The translations under genes were made by a program, and so were the position numbers. The notes beneath the pieces are model-generated. The model made no database searches. It saw only the letters and a list, made by a program, of their open reading frames with translations, and was not told the DNA's origin. Shown here one piece after another: positions 13,901 through 26,079 of a stretch of 64,000 nucleotides of DNA (the stretch's first letter is position 1; the number at the start of each line of letters is the position of its first letter). Origin of the DNA: Raillietiella orientalis (Eukaryota); the NCBI GenBank assembly GCA_036172245.1, contig JAYWIR010000142.1, positions 1 to 64,000 of the forward strand, given 5' to 3'.

Positions 13901-16900
13901 TATTTCAAGAAGCTGGATGCTTCTAGAGATTCCGGTCTCCCTCCTCTGTCCTTAAGCCTGCGGGCTAGACACTGAGTGTGTCAAAATGTAGCTACCGGTC
14001 TCTGTTCATCACTGCAACGTGAGGGTCAAACGGCCCGTGAAGTTGCACAGTGCCCTTAAAAACTAACTCCTGCTTGCTATTTCAGATGTTACATCGGTTT
14101 AAATTTTAGTGGCGCTGCCTTGATTGTCCCCTGCAACCGCTGTGGAGCGTTGAAACGTCAACGGCTGGAATATGTGGACATTCGGGGCCCAATTTTCATG
14201 TCCTTCAAGTCAAAAAGACCATAGAATGAGTAAAAGTCACGATCTCAAACGCAGTCATCAGAACTAATGGAAGCTGATCACGCTGTGGATGCTGCGAATT
14301 CAAAGAATATTTGCTGAAATTTCAAACCAGGGTGCAGTGATGAACATACGGATGTCCTTCGGTAAACGGGAATAATGGACCTCCAACTAATGGCAGCTCA
14401 AACAAAGTTCTCTAAATTCCGTCGAAGGGAAATCGTTAGCTGCGACGTGCAACAGTTCACTGTCGTCTTTCCTTCTCAACTTGGTTGTTTTCTTCCTTCT
14501 TAAGGCGATTGCAAGTAAACTGATCGTTTCTTTTGCACCAGCAGCATTTGGACAGTCACATAAAAGCCGGAAGTCATTCTCACTGAAGAATTGTTTTAGC
14601 GATGAAACAGGATAACGGCATCTTTAATTAAAGACTTCATCTCACAGTGAATTCGGTGATCGTCTCTTAGTAGACGCAGTTTCTGCAGCGCACAGTAACG
14701 TTACAAGTTTAAATCCCATTCGAGGAAGTGCGAACCCACAGAATGGGTATGTCATGGGTTGGAACTTCTCAGAAGAATGACGCTAGGCTTGGGCGCTCTG
14801 GAGAACGGATACCACCCCGAGACTAGCCTAATTTGGGAAAGACACTTTGCAGAATTCTTTCAGGGATCCCTTTGACCCGATTTCCTTTGGAATTCCTTCG
14901 AGGTGTGCAAGAAGAACTATAAAAAAGATGCGATCAGTTCACTAAAAAAGAGACACTTTGTGCGATTCTCTTCCCCGCTCTCTGTGTGCTTTCTGCACTT
15001 TCTGGCCTTCCTTCTACTGTGTGATTCCCCACTGAAGGTTTCTACAGAAGATTTAATTTATTCACTCACGCGAAGTGAACTGCAGGAGGCGAAGAAATGC
15101 TCTGAAGATCTGCAGTTGTTGCAACTTTGAGACGGCACTTTGAACAGTCAAGGAGAGGTTCCCGCATTCCCAGGCAACCCAGCAAGTCGCCTTCTGCATC
15201 ATCAGACCAAGCGGCATTTCAAGGGACCCAACTGTTAGGCTTCTTAGAAGTTAATTGGAATGCTGTGTTTGCCATGATTCCGTACGAGGGCTGGCGATTG
15301 CGCGACTCTCAGGGCAACGGCGGTTGACACGTTGCCCTTCTGTCCTGAGATGAGATTGAACTGTTGATGAGCACCTTGAAAAGTGCTCTAATCGTTGCCC
15401 CGTCTTCGAAGTCTTACTGCTGCGAGTGTGTTTTCTGTCTTTCTGTATTCTTGTTCTTTGCTTTGCAACGTTTCTATAGTCCTTCTCTTCATTCTGCGGG
15501 ATCATCTGAGATGCTCGGTGGCATCTCCGCAAGATGGCTCGCAAGGTCTTTCACTGCTGCGCACTCCAGGATGAGCATAAAAGGTTGGGTGGGAATCTGC
15601 AAGGGCTGCCAGTCTTCCTATGTGTATTTGATTTCCATGGTGCGCGTGTGCGTTTTCGTTTTCTGGTTCTTCTGAAGCAGCGCTTGTCACCCTGGTAACA
15701 GTGGATTCCAGCATTTCCATTTTTATCGCAAACAGACTGACGCGAGCATTCTACAGTGCAATTTCTTTGCAACACTGTGAGGCTTCTTGCTTGGCCACTC
15801 ATTTCCTGCACTCAAGATATTTTGTCCTGGGGCCGTTTCTTGAGCGGCGACGACACCGTGCACAGTGGATTCTACTTCGATGGAGACTTGGAGGCTCTTC
15901 CATCGCAGGCAGCTCTATTGGTGCCAAGTCTACACACGAAGTGTCACTTTTCGTGATCTGGTGTTCCCTTCTTCTCTCTAGGATGCCATCTCAAGAGACG
16001 CAGGCAGCGCCATCCACGGACGCTGCCTTGTTGGGTTGTCTGCAGACTTAGATGCAGACCTAAAAGTTTGTAATTTCAATGTCACCGCCACGTTTTTCGG
16101 AGTACAATATCCTTTTGCAGGAGCATTTGCAGTTACGATGCATTCGATTTCGAACAAAGTTCTGACCTTGTTCGGTTCTCCGCGAATTAGGCACAGAAAA
16201 TCAAGCTGTCTCGCTAAGTTAGCTCATGAACTAATGACAGTGCAATTAGCCTTTCCATAAAGTTTCTATCGAATTTCATGAGGTCACAGGTCATGCTTTT
16301 CCTACCTGAAACTCACTAAGTAGTGCTACCTCGAGTAATAAAGCTGTAGTCCACGAAGAAGGCTTTCAATTATTCAACGGCGGATTTGGTGCACTTTTGC
16401 TCTGATGACCGCTTCTGTAGCTTTGCTACGGGGAAGCCCACCAGCATTTCTCGTTCTCTTTGCACTATATCGCATCGTTTTGAGCAACGGCTACTAATTC
16501 GCACTTGTCTTTTTTTCTGCTTTTTCCTTCTTCCGGACGTGACTCGAAAATCGTCCAGCCGGAGCGTCAACGGAAAGGAAACGAAGGCGACACACCACTG
16601 TTGCTCTTCCGCATGATGGCAACGGCTGCTGTTGGTGGAGATCTACTCTCGGCAGTTTCACACATCCGACGTCTAGTATACCAAAAGCTCCTGCAGCAGA
16701 AGAGAGGGTAAAGAGGCAAATGATCATTTATGTTGCGTTGCTATCTATCCCGGAAAAGGAATAGTGGACGAATTAAGGCAATACTCCAAAACTTGGTGAG
16801 CCTGCGATGGTAGGAGAACAAGTTCCAAGCGACCCATCCTCTTCCAAAAAGCGGCTTCATTGGTTGGCCAGGTAACGTACCAAATACAGATGTTGTTGTG

Positions 16901-19900
16901 TACTCCGCATAACAATCTCGGAAGCGCTCTTTGTTTTCTGTTTGTTCTCTTCCGTCTTTGTCATCAGCAGAATTTTCTAGATAGAATTCTTTTAATTTCG
17001 TTTGGCTTGATCTAAGATTTGTGCTTATAGGACATCCATCTTATCACTTCGGAGCTGTTCTAACTTATCTCCGCACTGTCTTTAAATAGTTTTAGGAGAA
17101 AACCCAAGCACATGAGTCTAGTGGATATCCCCAGGATGAATCAGTCCAACCTATGGTGCCTCACGTTCTCCGGATGCTTTCTAGGGATTTTTAAATCCCT
17201 TACCACGGCGTCTTCATAGCTAGATTCTAGTGGTCTGATGATGAAAACGTGTGCTTACATACGGATTTTGTTATCTGATTGCTGGCAGGCATCACCAACG
17301 ACGAAAGAACAAGTAAAATCTGGCCCTTCCTCTAGAAAGAGAATTTGCTTTCGCGAAGGGTCGAGTCGAGAGTACTACGATCCATTCCCCTAGAACACTG
17401 TTACTTGAGCTGCCAGTTTCAGACATCGCACCAAAGGTGAAGGCACGGTAACTGTGGACGCGCTGAGAAAATTCTTGTTTTCTCCTCAGAGGGATCACAA
17501 ATCTCTTTAGCGCTGTCCATGCCATTCGAAAATACCTCTAACTTTTCAGTTTGAAGGGCGACACGAGGCGACCGCTCTAAAAATAACGCAAGACTTCGAA
17601 AGAAAGAGACCGTCTTTATCACGTTTGTCAGACAATTCCGAAGGGAATTTTTTCCCTATATTCTCTGAAGGGACCTTCTGAAGGCAGTGACACTTCTTGC
17701 ATGTCTTTCGATGGCCAATATGAGGGAATTTATGAACGGTACCCTCCTGGCATTTTTTCTTCTAAAGAAAATTTCAAGGGAACCGCTCCTGCAATCTTTG
17801 AGAAAAGTCCCGCTTTCGAAATCTGATGGGAGCGGCGCTCTCCTTGAGAATTTGAGTCTCTCCACCCAAAAGGATACGAAAAATCCTCCAGTTCTATGGC
17901 TGCTAGATGGTCTTTATTTTCACAATCGGAAGGTAATGCCTTTCGAGTTCCTTGGTTCCTGAAAGCACACCGGAAAGTCTAGCTAGTATCCTGCCCAGTC
18001 ATCGAAGGCACGTGGCATGCTTCAGTGCCTCGCCCCAAGACTGTAGACCACCTAACCTGGCCATGCTGCGGGGGAAACTGGAAACCCGTGGCTCACTTAT
18101 TTCCCTGCGTTGATCTTTCCCCGGGTGAGAGACCGCACCTCTCACACTTTCCGCACTTGCGGCACGTCTCATGTACAGATCTGCAGTCTCCAATTTTACA
18201 ATAGTTCACAATCATCAATGGTTGCGTGTCTCCTGGGCAGATATGGATGCCGCCGTCATAGTGATGGTTGTTTGCACCTAACTGCCAAAGCAGGAATTGC
18301 ACGGCTCTGCTTCTCAGCGTTCAGTGCGCCGCGTCGCTTTCAGCGCCAGAGGTGCATCTTCATGGAAGACTTTATACGAATTGCTGTGTGTCTCATTAGG
18401 GGCAATCCGGAGGTCGTTTTTTTACTGTGGCTGGGAAGGTCCGCCTCCCAAGAAGTCGCCGCTGCGGCTTACCTCGTCTCTTCAAGAACTCAATGCAGCT
18501 GGTGAGAAATCATCAGTCTTGTTCTTCTCCACGGAAAGGAGCAAGATGGTTACACACTCCCTGCTCCAGGGAAAGATTGTTTCAGTGCAAAACGGGAGAA
18601 CCTCAAGAATGGTTCCATTGGCGAACTCCTAGAATCCAGGAGCATCAAATCGACGGTCCCACGTGGAGCGCATTCTTATCTTGTCAAGGCCCAGATAGAG
18701 ATGTGGTCACTGACTGCCTACAGGCTCCAGAACCTTTCGTCTCCAATGAAGACGAATTAAAGTTCTGCGGGTTTGCCAGCCGAATTCGAGATGACCTTTT
18801 GATGGAAGTTTGCCCCAGTGGTTACTATCAATTTGGCTGCGTTAAGACCTGGTTTCCAGACTCTAGGCTGCAGCTGGATCGGCGAAGCTATCCGTTCTTA
18901 CTCTCTCCAGGTGCCGCCTTGCGCGTCCTCACTCTGAGACGCTCCATTTGCTCCGCTCCCATTGCCTTGAGGCAGAGTGCAAGGACATTGGCACTAACTT
19001 GCTACTCCGATCGTGTGAAGTCGCATACAGGCGGCTCTCCAGATTTTTCCGTTCTAAACGGGGATTTTAGATCGGATAGACTTCGAAAAGTACACGCACC
19101 TTAAGGGGGATTTCGCTGTGGAAAAATCTCTAAATGCTCTCCGCGCCCAGGGGCACGAGAAAGATGAAAACAAGGATACCAGACATTAATTTCATCTTTT
19201 TTTGCAAACGAACGGGAATTTGTTCACACTCTTGACTTTTCGGATCAGCAAAATGATTTCGGTTTCTTTTAGGTTCGATTCGGAGAAGACGTTTCCAAAG
19301 TGGGCATGGCAACAGTGCTCACATTCTACGTGAGGCTGCTTTTGACTGGCGTCATGGGTGACTGAATCTGGTGTTCCAGTGTGTTGCAGGAGCTGGTCCT
19401 TGAAACGCCAGTTCGAGACGCGGTGGCCGCAAAGAATTGTCGTTTCCTGCTTGTCCTTTTTGATCACATAGAAATTTCCTCTTACCCTTCGGGTCGATTG
19501 TGACGCAACCTGCGTTTACCTGTCACTGTCACCTGTTTTGGACGCCTTATCCTATGAATCAGGGTTGCCACAGCTTTTTCTATTTATTTCCTAGATTCGC
19601 AAATCAGTATCAGGGTTCTCCGAACTCATCGTCTGTAGACCTCAGCTTGGCAAAGAAGGACAAGGCAACTTAGCTGGCATCATTCTTGCTATTGTAGTGG
19701 CATTTCCAGGAGCCGTTTACCGTCAACCTTCAGCCAGAGAACTCTTAGCGTTAATGGATCTTATGAACACGGACAAAGATATGCCCGTCCATCTTAAGCT
19801 CAGGATCTCATCGCGCAGGCGGAACGACGCGATGAAGCTGCGTCAGCGCAGCAAGCGCGAAGGGAACTCAACATCTGGCGCCTGAATCGCCCATCAAGGC

Positions 19901-20189
19901 TTATTCTTCCGTGCCTATTTTTAGAATTGGAAAAAAGATTTTGGCGCAGTACTTCGGCGTAGATTGCTGAAAGTGTCTTCGACAAAAGGGACAATGGGAT
20001 TACCTCTCATTTGTGCCATTCCCTTTCCTCAAAGAAAGACACTGCTATCTTTTGAGCAATCGTCAATTTCCCATCTTTGTCTCCAAGAGCAATCACTCTT
20101 AATACACTTTCACCTTTTGTTAGTTCAACTCTGAAAGATAATCTAGATTCTGTGGACCACTATGATGATTGTCGGTCATCTGGCATTCC

Positions 20190-21710
20190 GTTGGGGACTT
20201 GTGAGTTGCACAGCCCTTGGTCCGACCGTCTTCAAAAGGTGGAGTTGGCGATCGGCCCGTTCCGGAACGGCAAGTTTTACTTGCAGGAGCATGCCGCGGT
20301 GTGGAACGCGTTTGCGACCCCCCTCTCTCGCTCCTTACTATTGTTTGCCCCTTCCAACCTTCATAAAGAGACGGACCAAAGGCCTCCTAAGGACAACCGT
20401 TTGGTGCACAGAGAGCTCCTCCGTTCACGTGAAAGGCTTGTGCGCTCCACACAGGGACGGTGGTTTGGATCTTCTAATGATGGAGCGCATGAAACGACGA
20501 CTCGACTTTTGAAAGCTCACCCTTATGGCGAACTTATGGATGATGCCCTGTTGCGAACCTTCACGTGTTCTCGCCAGGAGAGCCCGGCTGCCAAGGCTTG
20601 GCATCGCAGCTCGCAGCTCCCGAACGCAGCGTCAACAACTGTGGCCGTGACCTGCGCCAAGTAATTGTCCTGGTAAGAAAGCTATCTGGATCTCCTGCTT
20701 TTCCGCGAACTGCACTGTCTATCGACGCGCAGTCTGCTGATGCGTGGGCAAGGACCAGCGGTTCGAACGAGGCGGACTTTCATCTGTTCGCGCCGTGGCG
20801 GTAACGCTCGTCAGTCGCTGCAGCAAATGATCAACACCCCGCGGGAGTTTGTGTTGTCTTCTTTCACTCTCGATGCCCTCGTGTTGCTTCCTCAAGAACA
20901 CTATGAACAGCAACAAACAAGCATTGCGGGAGGTGTCCTGCCTCATATGATGCAGGGGAAAACGTTCAATGCGTGGACGACTCATAAGCTAGCGGACACT
21001 GCGATCCCGAGCGTCCCGCCTCAAAGACTCGCGCGCTGGGGCGAGCTGCCCGTGCTACCTGCGGAGGAGGTGAAGTGGCTTCCAGCGTGTTGGGATAGCG
21101 GCGCCCTTTTGCTGAAGCTACAGGAGAGGACGATGCTCTTTTTGCATTGGAGACTTCTCATCAGAGAACGCATGTTTCACTGAACACTCGAGAATGTGGA
21201 TGCCTGTTGCATCGAGTGCAGGCGGAAGGAAAACATTCCAGCATCTTCTAACAGAGTGTGTCGCCCTGCTTGGACTCTGGAATCGACTTTCTTCTATCCT
21301 TCCAGTAGGCAACCCTAAGGTCATTTATCAATGTCTCTTTCTGCGTGACGGTCTACGCCCCGCTGTTTCTTTGGCACTCCTCTGCTGTGTTTGGAGCATC
21401 CTGGTGAGGTGGAACGCTAGAGGAAGAGGCCAAAGAACTGCTTCTTTGGAAAATGCCATCCACTGGACGACGGTCTTTTTGTAGACCGTGACAAAGAGGC
21501 GCCTACCACGCAGTATAAAAACAGAACTGCTTAGCATCCCGTGTAGGATCCTGAGGACCGATTTCAGCGTTTAGTGATTTCTTCTCTGGCCGCTCTTCTA
21601 CCAAAAACATATCCTCTCCCTGTTATCCTTCATTTTGTTCCTTTTTGTTCCGACTTCCCCTTACCCTGCGCCTCAAGAGAGGACATCGGCGGTCTAAGTA
21701 CCGCGTCATG
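20190..21710 (+). mobile_element. Highly degenerate 3' part of an L1/Tx1-like ORF2 with 3' UTR
   Basis: WSDRLQKVELAIGPFRNGKFYLQEHAAVWNAFA and LCAPHRDGGLDLLMMER match family A; KTFQHLLTEC is a zinc-finger remnant; T-rich UTR at 21600-21660. Confidence 0.85.
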
Positions 21711-21977
21711 ATAAGTTTTCAAGTGTTAGAACCAGCGTTTTACCACCACAGAAACCTTATTATGTAATTTTGTAGAAAATTATAATACAAAATGCTCTGG
21801 AAAATCCGGTAGCTAAACTCCGACTAATGCCGAGCATTCCTGGCCCTTTTCTTCCATCAGGTAAGTTGCTCTAATCTGCCAGACCTGGTGCTCGGCTCTC
21901 GCCTTATATTCCGCAGGACGCCGGACATCCGCGCGTCTTGAAGACGTGCGTGCCTGCAGAAAGAAATTTCTTTACAC

Positions 21978-22210
21978 GGTCACACCTGGGGCGTTTATTT
22001 GCATAAAATAGCTGGAAACAGTTGTCTCCAGCCTACGACTAAAGAAAATACAACGAAAACGCTCCAATGGCAAGCAGGTTAGGAAAACGGTAGGTCCGGA
22101 ACGGGCAGGAGTGGATGGGACTACAAACAAACAAGAACAGTCTAAATGGAAGAAAAAGGCCAGAAAACTTTAATGACGCTCCGCAATCACCAGAAAAGAA
22201 AAAAAAGTGA
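21978..22210 (-). mobile_element. Probable LINE 3' terminus / UTR remnant
   Basis: Minus strand reads AATAAACGCCCCAGGTGTGACC (21999-21978), the terminal motif of other copies, downstream of T-rich tracts. Confidence 0.45.
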
Positions 22211-23149
22211 AAGCACTGAAACACTACGGAGTGGATACAAGGTGATCGCGAATACAAGAATGCGATTAAAGGGGAGTGATCGCGGATCACAGGGATCGTC
22301 GTTCCAAACCGTAGATAATTCGACGGTGGATGCCGCTGAGATCCTCCGCTGCGCCTTCGAACAAGTGATTCCACCTAACAGCCATACTGATGAAGTCGAC
22401 TGTCTTCCTGGTGACACAACATCGCTGACCAATGTTCTCCAGCACGCCTCGGACGGAGACGATGGCGCGGATGCAGCCAACGGTCGAAATCATTGCAGCC
22501 GTCAAAAGTCCTTGCGGTTGGAAGAACCCTCGCAGCACTTCTCCAGAGGTGCCCACCGGTAGCAGGAGTGCTGCTGCAAACCTCTGTCAAACTTCGTGAA
22601 GAGTATTGCAGTTCAATAGAAGGTGCGCAAACAAATCTCTCGCCTGCAACGAGCAAAGTAGGGTCAAGCCACCTTGCGAGAAACTCGATGCCGCCGCTGA
22701 TTGTAAGGCAAACCCCAGTGCAAGAAGCAAAACGTCTTGGTTCCAGGGAAGGGGAAACCCCAAACCGTTCAAACAACAGAGAAGGACTATCAGTTCCTCC
22801 GGGGCAACACCAAGAACTTCGACCGACCGAAGAATTTCCGTTGCTGTATCACCAGGAGTGGTACTATCAACCTGATCGTTTGTATCCCATTCGCTGAGAA
22901 GCTTTCTTCTTCCCGCGGTGGTGCAGAAGAACTTTTACCTCTCCGGTTGGCTACTGTTCTTTCTAGCACCGAGGGCAGACAGCACATCGGTAATCATCTT
23001 GGCAAGCAAGTGGAAAACTACACCTCGTGCTGCATTACCTCTCGAAGTGGCGGAGGTAGAAATTAACGCAGAGGACCAAGATCTTCGGGGCCCATTCCCT
23101 GGAATACAGACCAGGACAAAACAGATTCCTGCCGCCAGGCATTGCAGTT

Positions 23150-24520
23150 TATTGGACGACAGGAAATCCACAACTGGGCGTAAGGAGAGCTGCTTCAAAT
23201 AATAGCTGCACCCCTGCTTTCTGTGGCGCCTTCCCGGCACTAACGGAAGATTTCTTTCGTTGCTGCCACACCTCCTTAGGAGGAGTCTCGCAGGCTCACC
23301 TAGCAGGGTAGTCCATAGCTTGCAACGCAGTGCCAGCATACGAAACTGCACTTGCAGTCTGATGCGTTCCATCGTCAGCATGTCCATGCCAGCATCTCGA
23401 TATGGAGCCATCACCTGTTTCAGACGGATCTTCTATCGCGTTGGACACCAGAGAGCGTTTCTTAGCAGGTGTTTAGCCCGCTCTTTGGCCGCTTCGAATG
23501 ATCCAAGACAAAAACCAGGGGTCGGAGGATTAGGACCACGAAGGTGTTTTAAATAACTGTCCGATCCTGCAATGGAAACTTGCCATTACTAAACGGACTA
23601 GTGGCCAATTCTGCCTTATAAAGGCAGTCCGACCACGCCTTTGCAGCTCCGGAGTCGTCCAAAGAAACCTCAAGGCACCTGAAGTACCCTGCCTTGAGGA
23701 TTATTGGGAAGATTCAGTCGAACTGCCCCTCCCACGACGCTCTCACACGAACAACCACGATCTTCTTCCTGTTCACGCTCACGCCCGTTCCCCGAAGAAT
23801 TAGTTCGAAGAAATCTTTTACACTGGACGCCGGGGTGGACATGGGGAGCAGAATAAGCAGGTCATCTGCATAGGCAGCCACGGCAGGCGTTCTCGGGCAA
23901 GAGCAAGGCAGGTACTCCAGCGTCAGCCTGTACGCCCTTAGCACCAACTCGAAGAAGATGCTGAAGAGCAACGGGCTTAAGCTGTCACCCTGTCTGATGC
24001 CCCTGCGCACGGGAATACCGTACACGTGGCAGCCGCTAATAAAAATGCAGGTTAGCGCGTGGCGCCAGCAAGCGCGCAAGTACTTCACGAGATGTGCCGG
24101 GAACTTCAAGAGAAGTTTCTCATTCACACAATTGAACGAGATCTGCTGATGGACTCCGACCGCCAAGGCAATTGGCGTACCATCCTGCCACTAGTTCCGA
24201 TGTCTTTTTTCTGCGATAGCAGCCTTTGCCGCTACCCAACTTTGCAGCGCTACGCTCTCCTGCAGCTGCATTCAGAAATGAGCGAACGGAAGCTCCTTGT
24301 TCATGGACCGCCCAGGAACACCGTACGACTGTTCCAAGCTTACTAAGGACTCCGCGATTCTCCCTAGCCGCGTAACCCACATCTTGGAGAACAACTTGAC
24401 GTCCGAGTTCACCAAGGTGACCGGACGCCAGTTGTTCAGATGGCGTGCGTCTTTACCTTCCGGCAGGAGACGCACCCTTGCTGAGCAGAAGGAATTGGGG
24501 ACGTCAGCAGTATCCCTCAG
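23150..24520 (-). mobile_element. LINE reverse-transcriptase pseudogene fragment
   Basis: RLLPEGKDARHLNNWRPVTLVNSDVKLF, RRGIRQGDSLSPLLFS, AYADDLL and APYRDAGMDMLTMER. Confidence 0.92.
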
Positions 24521-24649
24521 CAGTACCCGCGCCTGAGCGGGTTCGGCGCGAGTTTGGCCAGGAAATTCAATGAATTGTAGTCGGAAAATGCCAGCTGGAA
24601 TCCATCATGCTTGTGAGTGAGTCCGGCTTCTGGTAGATCTCTAGTAAGG

Positions 24650-25100
24650 ACGCTCATCTTACGCAGAGTCTGCTGCTCACGCCGCTGCACATTCGTGGGC
24701 AGGAAATGTTCCCCACCACAGCGGATTTGTCGTTCGTTGTCCGGCTGAGTGGAGTGAAGAAGGACCTTTCGGACAGCCAGGTCGTTGAGGTCCTTAAAAA
24801 ATTCGCCACCGACCACGCGCTTGGAAGGTTGTTAAACCCTGCTGAGGGTTTCGAAGACCACCACAGCGAGCTCGCGCAAGTGCGAGTAACGATGCCGGAT
24901 CGCGAGGCAATGCCTACGCGACTGCAGGGAGACTGAGTGACCGTCCGCCTCTGGTTTGCTGGGCAAAAGCGAGTGTGCGCGAAATGCGGGCGGGAGGGTC
25001 TCCGAATTACGAAGTGTCCCTCGGCCGCTTGCCGTTACTGCCACGAGCCCAGGCACACAAAAGAAAGGTGCCCGGAGCTCCTGTTAAAAAACTGAAACCG
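24650..25100 (+). mobile_element. LINE ORF1 fragment (family B-like), zinc knuckles
   Basis: VRVTMPDR, LWFAGQKRVCAKCG and CRYCHEPRHTKERC parallel 26454-26969 and 60493-61563. Confidence 0.8.
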
Positions 25101-25299
25101 AAAGAACTAAGCACGTAACGCAGCGCGAAACGCCGCGACTCGAGGAAAAAAAATGCGAATATTTCGAAGAGCGTTGCAAAAACTGCGAGCGCGAATGCGC
25201 GGAAAACTATTTCTCCCTCTCACAAAAAATGGGAGGAAAACATAAAAAGCGCATCGCGGCGTGACCTCAGGCTACAGAACCGACGTAAACTTGCGAAGA

Positions 25300-26075
25300 A
25301 TGCGACTCTTTTCCGAGAACTCGTGCAGAACGGACGTGCTTTTCCTTCGCTTTCGAGATAGTCGAAAGGAAGGCATTTTATCTCTGTGTTTGTCTGTGTG
25401 GAACATCGTTGGTTTCCGATGGCAACGCAGCCAGAAAACATTACAGTGGAGGTAAAAGTGGGAGAGGCTAGTCCTCCCCCACAGCCTACAGAGGCAAGGG
25501 AATCCGCCCCGTAGTCATCCCCGGCAACGCCCAGGACGTGAAGCGCCATGGTGGCTGAGCCTAGCGCGGCAGCCGGACATTGCACTGCCACTTTCCCAAA
25601 AATAGTATCCGGGCTCGCCAGTCGCCGTCGGATTCGCGTGGCCTGTTGGAATGTCAACGAGCTGCGCGACGACGGCAACAGGCGAGATACGGCCGACACC
25701 CTGCGTGAGCTCGACCTGGCCCTGCTGCAGGAGATCCACGTGGTCTCAGCGGCAGACGTCCAGGAGATCCAGTCGATCGTGATGAGTCGGCTGTACTAGT
25801 AATGCGGCTGCTACAACACCTGCGGGGTCGCGTTCTTAGTCAAGCCATCCATCGACGCTGCCGTGAAGGGCGCGCGCTTCGATGAAGACGGTCGGGTCGG
25901 TCAGCTGATTCTCAGCTGGTCCGACTCGATCGATCTGATCGTCACGATTGTGTACGTCCCCAGTGGCAAGAAGGGTTATCCCGACCGTACCAGGTTGCTG
26001 GAATCCTTGAAGCGCGGTTGGCTGGCGGACACAAACCTGCGAAAGGCTCACCTGACAGCGGGAGACTTCAATCGA
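25300..26075 (+). mobile_element. Internally deleted family A LINE: 5' UTR and ORF1 start joined to the APE N-terminus
   Basis: GGACGTG at 25332; ORF1 start ATQPENITVEVKVG...MVAEPSA jumps to RRRIRVACWNVNEL, LLQEIH, TIVYVPSG and AGDFN. Confidence 0.88.
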
Positions 26076-26079
26076 GTGC

